DNA of 61,057 nucleotides, filler included, from Glycera tridactyla (lineage: Eukaryota), in assembly GCA_965644265.1 (NCBI GenBank). It is 5 parts of 5 records of this genome, joined end to end, with 100 filler letters (N's around TTAATTAATTAA, not from the genome) between each part and the next. Parts side by side here need not be neighbours in the genome. Positions count along the whole stretch, not along the records: positions 23,110 to 46,927 come from OZ286460.1; 4 more parts are not named here. One strand, 5' to 3'. Numbering within the stretch: position 1 is the first letter of the stretch; every line of letters begins with the position of its first letter. The translations under genes were made by a program, and so were the position numbers. Below, one piece after another: positions 29,975 through 39,892 of the stretch. The notes beneath the pieces are model-generated. The model made no database searches. It had not been told where the DNA came from and saw nothing but the letters and a program-made list of their open reading frames with translations.

Positions 29975-32050
29975 AAAACATAGCCTTCACTGAAGGCGGA
30001 CCTCGCCTTGGCAAAGCCACACAACACGCCGCTTCAAGAAAGACATTTTTTCTAAAGTTTACACAAACAAAACAGTGCTGCTTCTTTGATGGGTGCACAC
30101 AGTTCCTGATCGCATAGGAATACCCAATACATAATTATGCTTGGAAAGGTAACTTTCCTCAAAAAGTAAATTTCTCTAAAATAAGTACAGGGCTCCACGC
30201 TGGTGGTTGCCCTACTGGCACAGGCAGGCAGGTGACTTGATCAATCTGCCTGCCCGATGGACAGGTACCCAACCCTTACTTGGGCTATGATTGTATGCAG
30301 GAGGGCAGGTGAAAATGACAGGGAGGGCAGGTAAAAATCCTACTTCATCTGCCTGAATGACAGCTGAAGAAAAAAAAGTTAACGGAAAGCCCTGCAGTAG
30401 GGCTAATGGGCAATCCCATACATGCCTGAGAATCGATGAGGGATGCTTTGGCTAGAATCCATTTCTGAAAAACCAAGTTCCTGCCGAAATCTATCAGGCA
30501 TGCTGGGAGACCCCATCCATGGCTGGCATTCATTAGGGAATGCTATGAATTGCATCCACGCCAAGTTTGGTGTGGCTATGAACAGCCACCATCTTTAGAA
30601 AAATCCATTTCAGAAAAAACAATTTTCACCCCAAAACCAACCAGGCCTTTTGGGAGACCCCATCTATGGCGGGCATTCATTAGGGAATGCTATGAATTGC
30701 ATCCATGCCAAGTTTGGGGGGGCTGTGAACAGCCACCATCTTTAGAAAAATCCATTTCTGAAAAACCAATTTTCACCCCAAAACCAACCAGGCCTGTTGG
30801 GAAACCCCAATCAATGGCTGGCATTCATTAGGGAATGCTATGAATTGCATCCATGCCAAGTTTGGAATGGCTATGAACAGCCACCATCTTTAGAAAAATC
30901 CATTTCTGAAAAACCAATTTTCACCCCAAAACCAACCAGGCCTTTTGAGAGACCCCATCTATGGCTGGCATTCATTAGGGAATGCTATGAATTGCATCCA
31001 TGCCAAGTTTGGTGTGGCTGTGAACAGCCACCATCTTTAGGAAAATCCATTTCAGAAAAACCAATTTTCACCCCAAAACCAACCAGGCCTGTTGGGAAAC
31101 CCTAATCTATGGCTGGCATTCATTAGGGAATGCTATGAATTGCATCCATGCCAAGTTTGGTGTGGCTGTGAACAGCCACCATCTTTAGAAAAATCCATTT
31201 CAGAAAAACCAATTTTCATCCCAAAACTAACCAGGCCTTTTGGGAAACCACATCTATGGCTGGCATTCATCAGGAGATGCAATAAAATGCATCCTTGTTG
31301 AGTTTGTTGTGTCCCAGTCAAAAAATGTGAGGTTTTATCCCAAATCTACGATACATCACATGACTGGCATGCATATGACTGTGGTGATGGTTGGATGCCC
31401 ACGCCCCCCCCCCCCCCCCCCCGCCCCCCCAGAATACACTGGAGCATGTGTACATCAAATCGGGTGGAGGTAGGGGCCATGGTTGAAGAGTGACCTGACC
31501 TGAACAAAAACTAAGACGTAAAGTCCAATTTCCCACAAATGAGCAATTTCACCCCAAAATCACTACCCTGAACTGAGATACTGCTGCTGTGATGGGTAAA
31601 CATCCCTTGTAACACAATGGAGCATGTGTGCATGAAAACTGGTGACGGTAGGGGCCATGGTTGTGCAGTCACCTGACTCCAACAAAAACTTTGACGCGAA
31701 GTCCATATCCTCAAAAATATGCATTTCTTACCCAAAAATATGATGCAAAACTGGGATAATGCTGAATGGATGGATGGACACCTTCCCCAATACTCAGGGG
31801 TATGTGTGTATGGAATCTGGTGGTGGTAAGAGCCATAGTTGCTGAGCTACAGACTTCAATGAAAAACTTTGACGCAAAACTTTGACGTAAAACTTTGACG
31901 TAGTGCTCTCTTAATATCATTCCTGATGTATTATAGCCCATGTGCACAAGATCTGATGATGGTAGAAGGGTTAAAAAAAAACTTTGACATGAAATCTTGC
32001 AGAAAAAAAAACTTTGACGTAAAACTTTGATGTAAAACATTGTAAGAGTG

Positions 32051-32083
<33 letters not shown>

Positions 32084-32154
32084 ACGCAGACGCCGACGCC
32101 GACGCTGATGCGAGGACAATACCTCTCTTCAACTTCGTTGAGGCGAGGTAAAAA
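29975..32154 (+). mobile_element. Non-autonomous Helentron-type (HINE/DINE-like) element carrying internal tandem arrays
   Basis: 5' hairpin GCCTTC-act-GAAGGC (29983-29997), sub-terminal IR ACCTCGCCT (30000-30008) matching AGGCGAGGT (32141-32149), GACGCC/GACGCA microsatellite (32054-32106), 3' stem-loop 32122-32148, A/T-run ends. Confidence 0.65.
30505..31294 (+). repeat. Satellite-like array, about 5.3 copies of a 147/148-bp unit
   Basis: GCATTCAT recurs at 30526, 30673, 30821, 30968, 31116 and 31263. Confidence 0.95.
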
Positions 32155-32318
32155 TGAGCATTTGTATCACAGTCTGGCTTTTCAGGCAATCACAAAGATA
32201 TCATTATTACTATCATATTTTATTATTTTTGTCATGTTTATCATGACTATTATGAGGATAACTGAATTAATTATGCATGCCAGCTCCACAAGCACCCCAC
32301 CAGCCTGTCAGTGGTTAT

Positions 32319-32688
32319 GAATGCCGGACAGCTTGTAACCGAGACCACTCGTACCCCGCATATCGCCAGGACAAGTCGTAACCGCGGCGGTTTTCCGATG
32401 ATTATCGGAAAACTGTCGGGGATTCTTGGATGATCATTCTAGTGAATATTACCAATAAGTATTTCTAACGATCTGTGAAATTTAGGCAATTTTCGTTGCT
32501 CTGAACATTGTTTAAATGAAGATTGTCAACAATTCTGGGCTCTGAGTATGGGACTCACGAGACTGCAAGGTGTCAATCAGCCTCCCCGTGAACCCATGAT
32601 CGCCGAGGTTACAAGTGCTTCCACATAAGGGGTATGACCTGTCTCGATTCCCGGGTACGAGTGGTCTGGTTACGAGTTGTCCTGATCC
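32319..32688. mobile_element. Mutator-like (MULE-type) MITE, 370 bp, with about 10-bp TSD
   Basis: CAGTGGTTAT at 32309-32318 and 32689-32698; imperfect TIRs of about 40 bp containing GACCACTCGTACCC / GGGTACGAGTGGTC. Confidence 0.75.
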
Positions 32689-33224
32689 CAGTGGTTATGT
32701 GTATTAGGAAACACACAACAATTTTCATTGGTCACACCTACCTGACACACGTATGTAAAGCCATACATTATATCATACAATATAGAGCTAATCTATGGAT
32801 AACCTATGACCAGTGATACGCACACTAAGTTCCAGTTTGTTGTTGTAATCTTGTAAACCAAAAGACATTGTCAGCGATTGTTGTTTTCACATTGAAACAC
32901 CTGACTCAGAAAGTTGGGTACACAGGTGAGACAGGTGATGCTTGCTTTCACGTGCAGCAAAACGTCAACGACAGCACTAACTTGAGTCACAATAAACACA
33001 TCATATAAAGAGAAGCAAAGTACACAAAAGCCACAATAAATAAGATCGAAACAAATTCCAATTTACCTGATATTGAGGTGATCGGTTCATCGTAGATGCT
33101 TGTTTCCATACTTCAAAATCACTCCCTACCCATAATGCACCAAACGGTGAACAGGTGCCCGTCGATCTGGATCTGTTCGATTGCGTCATCCCAATAATGC
33201 GAATCATTATCTCAGTGGGTACGT

Positions 33225-33687
33225 TTGAGTGTAGTTGAACAGATAAGATAAGGAAAAAATTGCTTTGAATTGAATTTTAATTTCTGAAAAGAGCAGCCAG
33301 TTAACCACTCGGCTGAAATTGATTAAATTAACATGAGACAAATGGCACCTCTCGGCACACGCCGCAGAAGCAGTATTCCATTGGTCTGATAAATGAACAA
33401 TCTGATTGGCACCTCTTAACAAGAGGCAACGGCCCCACAAATAGCGAATAGTAGTGACATTTACATTCAAATACATGTCAGTCCATGGCTTATTCTAGGC
33501 AAAGGTGCTAATACCAGACTAATAACATTGTTACTGGCAGCTGAATAGATGAGTCTGAGATCATGGCATTGAGTCACAGTAACAGGATCCCAACAATTGG
33601 CAGGGTAACATGTGCAATGAGATAATATTAGAGTATATTGAAGGCTGAAATTGCAATATAACATGTATGGAATGACCGTATTAGGCA
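33225..33687 (-). repeat. Split direct repeat B2 (463 bp), 3' end of the element
   Basis: Direct copy of B1; identity stops at TTG 33225-33227. Confidence 0.95.
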
Positions 33688-33738
33688 ACATATGTACAAA
33701 ACATATAAAAAACAGGCGGTGATGGGGAAGGATGGAGG

Positions 33739-34014
33739 GTTATCCGAAAAAATGAAAGAGCGGATGCTCAAACGGCCGGATGACTGGACGGATAAATTCG
33801 AATGGCGCAGTTGAGCACCGCGTAGCTGTGTAGCTGCGTCACAATGCTCCCATTATGACGTCATCGAGTAGGGGTAGTAACGCGAGCCCAGCGTCCCGCG
33901 AGCAACTATAGTCTGTTTACTAAGAGCGTGCTACATATTAATAAATGACTGCGTACGCGAGCTGATCTGCAACCGACACTCAACCAAAAATGTCAGATGA
34001 GCATTTTTCGATTG
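33739..34014 (-). repeat. Split direct repeat A2 (276 bp)
   Basis: Direct copy of A1; overlaps B1 by the shared TTG at 34012-34014. Confidence 0.95.
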
Positions 34015-34474
34015 AGTGTAGTTGAACAGATAAGATAAGGAAAAAATTGCTTTGAATTGAATTTTAATTTCTGAAAAGAGCAGCCAGTTAACCACTCGGC
34101 TGAAATTGATTAAATTAACATGAGACAAATGGCACCTCTCGGCACACGCCGCAGAAGCAGTATTCCATTGGTCTGATAAATGAACAATCTGATTGGCAAC
34201 TCTTAACAAGAGGCAACGGCCCCACAAATAGCGAATAGTAGTGACATTTACATTCAAATACAAGTCAGTCCATGGCTTATTCTAGGCAAAGGTGCTAATA
34301 CCAGACTAATAACATTGTTACTGGCAGCTGAATAGATGAGTCTGAGATTATGGCATTGAGTCACAGTAACAGGATCCCAACAATTGGCAGGGTAACATGT
34401 GCAATGAGATAATATTAGAGTATATTGAAGGCTGAAATTGCAATATAACATGTATGGAATGACCGTATTAGGCA
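34012..34474 (-). repeat. Split direct repeat B1 (463 bp)
   Basis: Matches 33225-33687 with three mismatches seen. Confidence 0.95.
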
Positions 34475-34558
34475 TGTGATGCAAAGCATCAGCGGGCATG
34501 ACAGAAAACCTACCAACAACAAACCGCGGTGGAAGCACGATAGTGCATATACGGCAGC

Positions 34559-35443
34559 CTACCTGGAGACGAGATCGGGTCTAATGTACTTCAAAAAGGA
34601 AAAAGACCGCCAACGTCCCATGATCTTAATCTGTACTATGGAAGCACCACTCAAGGCCAGCTCTGTACAGGCACCGATCCTAAAACTGTGCGCCGAATAA
34701 CACAATGGATCAAGTCCCAGCAGGGCAACTATGTATTTCAGATATTTCCGAAACCAAGTTTGCGTGAAAGGACGGCCAAGGTGGTCAACCATGAGAGGTC
34801 CGGGCGCCGGGCCCCTTGAATTAACGAAGAGCATTAGGCTCCTTACCGGACACGAGGCCGCATTGGTCGCCAATAGGCGAATATGAATTGGGTCGGTAGA
34901 AGTAGTCTTGGTAGAATCCAGGGAGAGAAGGACTGCCTTGACTCCACTGATGTCAACTTCGTAGCTTACGTTGTGCACGAGAATGGCGTGAGTGGTCATA
35001 TTTGAATCAAACAACTCACTGATCCTTAAAGCAGCCGCATGCATCAAACAACACGCTGCATGGAACGCCAGGCGCTCATACTTAGTAATTGGAAGGCCGG
35101 GAATGCAATTAAGGAAATCTGCCAATAGGCCTTTAGTGATAGGCCTACGCTTATCACGCCGTGGAGCCTGTTTACGGAATGAGACTAACAACTTTTTGAT
35201 TCTGAAAGTACTCGTAGGCTCTTTGTAAGATCTGGCTTTGTGCGCAAAAGATATGGCCGCACAGATGTTCCGAATTGTACTATAAGAGATATCAGCGAAG
35301 TGCGCTAGCACAATGTAAAGCTCTACCAAATGTGAATGTACCGGAAAAATAAGGTCAAGGCCAGTCACCTCTATCACAAAGTAGGCAAATTGCCTCCAAT
35401 ATCTCGAGTAAGAGAGGTATGTAGAGCGTGCTAGGCTGTGCAT
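34559..35443 (-). CDS. Tyrosine recombinase (294 aa)
   Basis: Catalytic set in order: LRISE (R), TKT (K), HSFRIG (HxxR), GRW, LKYIR (Y). ATG lies just after the RT/RH stop. Confidence 0.93.
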   Translation of the reverse strand: MHSLARSTYLSYSRYWRQFAYFVIEVTGLDLIFPVHSHLVELYIVLAHFADISYSTIRNICAAISFAHKARSYKEPTSTFRIKKLLVSFRKQAPRRDKRRPITKGLLADFLNCIPGLPITKYERLAFHAACCLMHAAALRISELFDSNMTTHAILVHNVSYEVDISGVKAVLLSLDSTKTTSTDPIHIRLLATNAASCPVRSLMLFVNSRGPAPGPLMVDHLGRPFTQTWFRKYLKYIVALLGLDPLCYSAHSFRIGACTELALSGASIVQIKIMGRWRSFSFLKYIRPDLVSR

Positions 35444-35454
35444 AAGACAGAAAG

Positions 35455-37066
35455 CTACAATCCCTTCCAGTTTCCTGGCAGCAGTTGGGAAGGCACAATT
35501 TCTGGGGCTGGCTGTAACCCCGCTTGAGCCAGGCCTCGCTCTCGAATCTGAAATCGTGAGATATCATCGGCAATTGTATTTTCCACTCCGGGAACATGAA
35601 CACTTGAGAAAACACAATTAATACACAGCGAAGTCAATACGAGCTGTCGGAGAAGGCGCATGACATGAACATCTTTTGATGTCTGTTTATTCAAAATGGT
35701 CACCAGAGCTTGATTATCCGTGTGGAAACAGATCCGGCGGTTAGACAAAACATCTGCAAAAATATGCATAGCCACTACGATAGGGTACAGCTCCAGGAAG
35801 GTTATGTGAAAACTACCCCAATGAGGCGGGAACTCTACCTGGAACCACTTCTGCGACAAATAACCCCCACAGCCGCGGAAGCACGCATCAGTGAAAAGAT
35901 GCAATTCGGTTGAAGACCAAATTCTCGAAGACAGGAAAAAAGTCCTGCCATTGTATTTGCGCAAGAAAGTGAGCCAAACCGTCAGATCATCACGGGCCTC
36001 CGAGTTGAGAGAAATCTTGGAAAAAGGGTACATTTTCCCACAAGTACAATTGATTAGGCGGCGCAAAAAAGGGCGCCCAGGCAGGACGACACTAGCTGCC
36101 CATTGGAGGCAACCCAGGACGCGTTGAAATTCAAGAAGGGTTGATGTATCCTGAGTCATGAAATTATGAATGCGATCAATATACTCTACCACTTTACCAG
36201 TCGGCAGAGATGCACAAAAAGCCAGCGAGTCTAACTCGATTCCGAGAAAAATGAGGCGGGTAGACGGACCAACCGTCTTTTCAGGCGCCAACGGAACGCC
36301 AATTCGCTTGCATAGGGCCGAAAAAAGGCGGAGAGATTCTTGACACTGATCAAAATTTGGCTCAAGGATGAGAAAATCGTCAATATAGTGTAGGAGATTG
36401 GTAACTCCAAATTTGTTCTCTGCGATCCATTGAAGGGCCGTAGCAAATGCCTCAAATATTTTACAACTAGAACGGCCACCAAACACTAGTAATAAAGGCC
36501 GTTAATGCGGAAACCTAGTAATTCATATTCGGACGGACGAATGGGCATAAGACGGAAAGCGGATTGCACGTCAGTTTTACACAGATAAGTGCCACGTCCG
36601 ATAGACATAATAAGACGAATCGCGTCGGCAACAGAAGCATATTTGACCTTGGCCTCAGAATCCGGGATCATGCCATTGATTGAAAGATTGGAATAAGGGT
36701 AAGATAAATCCTGAATTAGGCGGAAACGACCTGGGTCTTTCTTCGGTCTAATAGTCAATGGGCTAATGTGCATGTTGCGAAAAGGTCTAACCTTGAACGG
36801 ACCAGCAATGCGACCAGCTTCTAATTCACTATTAATTAAGCTTAGCACAATTTCCGGGTTCCTCTCAGCGGGGAGAGAATTCTTAAGAGCTTGATAGACC
36901 GGCCCTTCAGCGCGGCCCATCGAAAAACCATGTGTAAATCCATTCAGCAGATACAAAGACTTCTCTGCGTTGTAACCGTGTAGTAAGCGTGCCAACTCGC
37001 GTGGGTGGATTGGCGTTGGCAAAACAGAAATTTCCGGGAAGGGACCACTATCAAAAAAGTTGAAAC
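35455..37066 (-). pseudogene. Reverse transcriptase/RNase H, broken by a small frameshifting deletion at about 36486
   Basis: Motifs RFRLIQDLS, KTDVQSAFR, LHYIDDFL, then RNase H FTDAC / LELYPI / TDNQ / ADDISR. The two track ORFs meet as GLYY* | FGGRSSCKIF, lacking the usual DxxLP residues before FG. Confidence 0.9.
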
Positions 37067-37094
37067 CTAAAACAGATTAGGGAAAAAACATAGC

Positions 37095-38129
37095 CTAAGA
37101 AGACTTGTCCTGCTTGTTTCCGTCAGCAGACTTATCGTGATTTTGTTTGGGATTATTAGTAGACTTAGCTTTGTTGCATTTGAAAACGGAGTGAGGGCCA
37201 TTACAACCAGGAGTCGGGCATGTATGCTTGAAACCGCAATCGCGACCCTTCTCACACGACTGCCCCTGGTTATGGTACGCGTAACAGTAGCTACGAGGGA
37301 CTTTATGCACCTTGGTAGGGTTGAAATCATTTGATGAGGATGTCGAGCCCGAATCTGGGGCTTTATAAGAACCAGACGACTTCCTGGCGATGGCCCTCGT
37401 GTATAAATCAGTCCTAATTGCCGCCCAGGATGGTGGATCCGTCATGAAGGCGCGTTCACGACGATATGCCTCGTCATACGAACGCCAATCTAGTTTGTCA
37501 GAAGCCATCTGTTTGACGAAGCGGTAATATGTCAACAGGGCCCCTGACAGACCAGAATTGCCAGGCTTCTTTAACATCACGGCTATAAAACATTCAAACG
37601 CCGAGCACCATTGCGTAATGTCGCGAATGGTTCTCTTCCCTTTTTGAACAAAAGTTAGGGCCCCACTCGTATCAGAAGGCATAAATGCTAATTCAAACTT
37701 AGGCTCGTACTCGACGGGTAACAAGAGTGCCAAATTGACATATTCATCCTGCCATATTATGCTTACCACTTTAGGATCCACTGCATCCCCACAATTCAAG
37801 CCAGACATCATCAAAGGAGCTGGTGATACTTGCGGAACAATAGGGATATGCAGTGGATCAACATCCGCAAGGTTAAGTGAATTTTGGCGAGAATGCATAC
37901 CTGTATCTTGTCCTGGAATCAAGTCGGCATCATTACCTCCATGAGACACCTCGATAGATGGTTCAACAGCGCTATCGGGAGCAGAGTCGTCCGGCGTGGT
38001 GGAGCCGCAGGTACTGATGTGTGCCGCCAATGTAGTCTTAAGTTCGGTGACCGATGAAGCCACAGTCTTCACGGTTGAGGCAGCATCATTAACTATCTTG
38101 AGGAGAATGGAAAAATCCTGAGACGACAT
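37095..38129 (-). CDS. Gag-like ORF of DIRS/Ngaro type (344-aa core)
   Basis: DIRS-gag-like ITQWCSAF...YYRFV...WRSYDEAYR and C-terminal Cys/His fingers CYAYHNQGQSCEKGRDCGFKHTCPTPGCNGPHSVFKC; lies directly upstream of RT. Confidence 0.85.
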   Translation of the reverse strand: MSSQDFSILLKIVNDAASTVKTVASSVTELKTTLAAHISTCGSTTPDDSAPDSAVEPSIEVSHGGNDADLIPGQDTGMHSRQNSLNLADVDPLHIPIVPQVSPAPLMMSGLNCGDAVDPKVVSIIWQDEYVNLALLLPVEYEPKFELAFMPSDTSGALTFVQKGKRTIRDITQWCSAFECFIAVMLKKPGNSGLSGALLTYYRFVKQMASDKLDWRSYDEAYRRERAFMTDPPSWAAIRTDLYTRAIARKSSGSYKAPDSGSTSSSNDFNPTKVHKVPRSYCYAYHNQGQSCEKGRDCGFKHTCPTPGCNGPHSVFKCNKAKSTNNPKQNHDKSADGNKQDKSS

Positions 38130-38132
38130 ACC

Positions 38133-38425
38133 CGAAGGGACAGTAGTTGAGGCCGAAGCACGACTTCCTCCAGATGACCCAGCAATGTTTAAGATGCCAT
38201 TAGCGTTGTCAAGCCTCTGCGTTAGGGAAGGCTCTGAAGACTGAGTAGAAGGAGGGAGTGGACTCCACTGTCATGATCAGCTGGAGATGTATCACGAGGC
38301 GAAGCTGCGGGTTGACTCAACACACCAGCCAACGGAGAATTTAGGAGCCTGTCTGTCAATTGCACAGACCTTTTAGGCGTGGACGGTGGTTGGAGCGCAG
38401 ATTTAGAAGCGCGTTTCCTCGTCAT
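38133..38425 (-). pseudogene. Probable N-terminal Pro/Ser/Thr-rich leader of Gag, split by one frameshift
   Basis: ATG at 38425 (MTRKRASKS...) lies 4 nt after a strong acceptor. The gag frame is open from 38270 to the ATG at 38129. One extra base near 38265 would join the two into a continuous low-complexity leader. Confidence 0.55.
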
Positions 38426-38819
38426 ATTCCTGTGAGAAAAAGAAAAAACAGAAAGGGCGTCGCTTAAATCAGACACGCCAATAACCAAATCACTAAGCAA
38501 GCATCCGTGAAGGGTCGCTGGAGAGGGAAAAAAAAAGGGGGGGGAGTAAAATTACTCGAGCACCTGTATATACAGACCACATCACCTTATGACAGCGCAA
38601 CGGCGACGGGGTGACACGACGCATTGCGCTATAGAAAAAATGCCGTCGATCTACGATCACAAAAATATTCGAAAGAGTCGGTTGAGGCGAAATAAAAATA
38701 TTTAGACCCGTACCTTGTGTAGGGGACGAAATGAAGGCGTCTCACGGTAAAATCGAGGGAACGTCAGGACTAGTCAGAGAAACGTCCGACTTGCATGAAA
38801 ACAAAGGTTCCAAATAAAA

Positions 38820-39105
38820 GGCACGTGGTGACGTTGCCAACGGTGTACGCGATAACTGAGTCACGTCACCCAGCCAGCAATAGGAGGGCGTTCATTGGAC
38901 GTAAGCGTAGCAACCGGAAAATCGTGTTGCGCGTCACAACATCAGAAGCAAGGCTTACACTCATTGGAGGAAAGCGCTATGTCGCCAAAGTGTGTAACGT
39001 CATAGTAGGAACAAGACAGAAAACCGACAAACTTAACTGTCAACAACGAATGGTGGACGCAACATTGGTTGCGTAATAAATGTCAATTGGCAAGTGCATT
39101 GGCAC
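38820..39105 (-). promoter_or_regulatory. Putative internal promoter between the SGNH ORF and gag
   Basis: Five CCAAT boxes, all on the element sense strand (plus ATTGG at 38894, 38963, 39064, 39086, 39098), several TGACG/CGTCA half sites, a CACGTG and a CCGGAA, in CpG-rich non-coding DNA. Confidence 0.5.
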
Positions 39106-39138
39106 AAAAACACGAAATTAGTGACCCTTGAGGGCAAA

Positions 39139-39780
39139 TTAGTGCATTATCGCATTGCGCAGGTCGATAAGGCTTCCGCGTATTTGGGCGGAGAACCTTT
39201 GAAAGGCCCAATGATCGACAGCCGGGCCGGGGTGGATACCATCCGTGGCAAAGTGCCACACCGGCATTATGGTGCCATCAGAATTACGAGAAAAACCCTT
39301 CAAGAACTTGATGACAATTTCAGGCGTGGCCTCTCTGTAATCGCGTAAACGGTCGTTAAAAGATTCCACACGAGCATTGAATTCGGTCTCGCCACAACCA
39401 ATATTGGCAGCTCGCCTAAGACAGCCAATGATATGTATACCGAGGACAGAGGGACACAAAAGAATTTCCTGAGCCAACAAATATACTTGATCAGCCACAA
39501 TTGATGAGGGAACATTGCTGTTTAGGTCATTGGACCCTAGCATGAGTACAACAGCATTAGGCGCAAATAAATGCAGTGCAGTGAGTGAATTAACAAAGTC
39601 CTGCCCTCGCAATAAAGGGGTGTACATAAAAGCGAGCTCAGAGTACAACTGGTCGACTCTGAAAGCCGTGGCCAAACGATCTTCTTCTGTGGCCCCATCG
39701 AGACCACCGGACAGGTTTAAGATATGGTCTCCCAAGCGTCGGATAAAAGAATGGCCAATCAGACACGCATTTGGTTCCAT
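39139..39780 (-). CDS. SGNH/GDSL-family hydrolase (213 aa from ATG at 39780), carried by the retrotransposon
   Basis: Block I LIGHSFIRRL (catalytic Ser), block III MLGSNDL, block V DGIHP (Asp/His). No stops. The ORF track starts at an upstream TTG (39831); the first ATG is at 39780. Confidence 0.88.
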   Translation of the reverse strand: MEPNACLIGHSFIRRLGDHILNLSGGLDGATEEDRLATAFRVDQLYSELAFMYTPLLRGQDFVNSLTALHLFAPNAVVLMLGSNDLNSNVPSSIVADQVYLLAQEILLCPSVLGIHIIGCLRRAANIGCGETEFNARVESFNDRLRDYREATPEIVIKFLKGFSRNSDGTIMPVWHFATDGIHPGPAVDHWAFQRFSAQIRGSLIDLRNAIMH

Positions 39781-39892
39781 GACGCACCGAGAAATAGAAA
39801 AGAAAGATCTTACCGACACTTGATAGAACAACCTAAGATAATCCGGGAAAAACCCGGCAATAATCCGGGAGGAGTCCGGTAGAAATCCGTTA

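Noticed and set aside
30550-31321. Repetitive ORFs (CYELHPCQVW...)
   Set aside because: Translation of a 147-bp satellite whose unit is a multiple of three; frames break at the 148-bp units.
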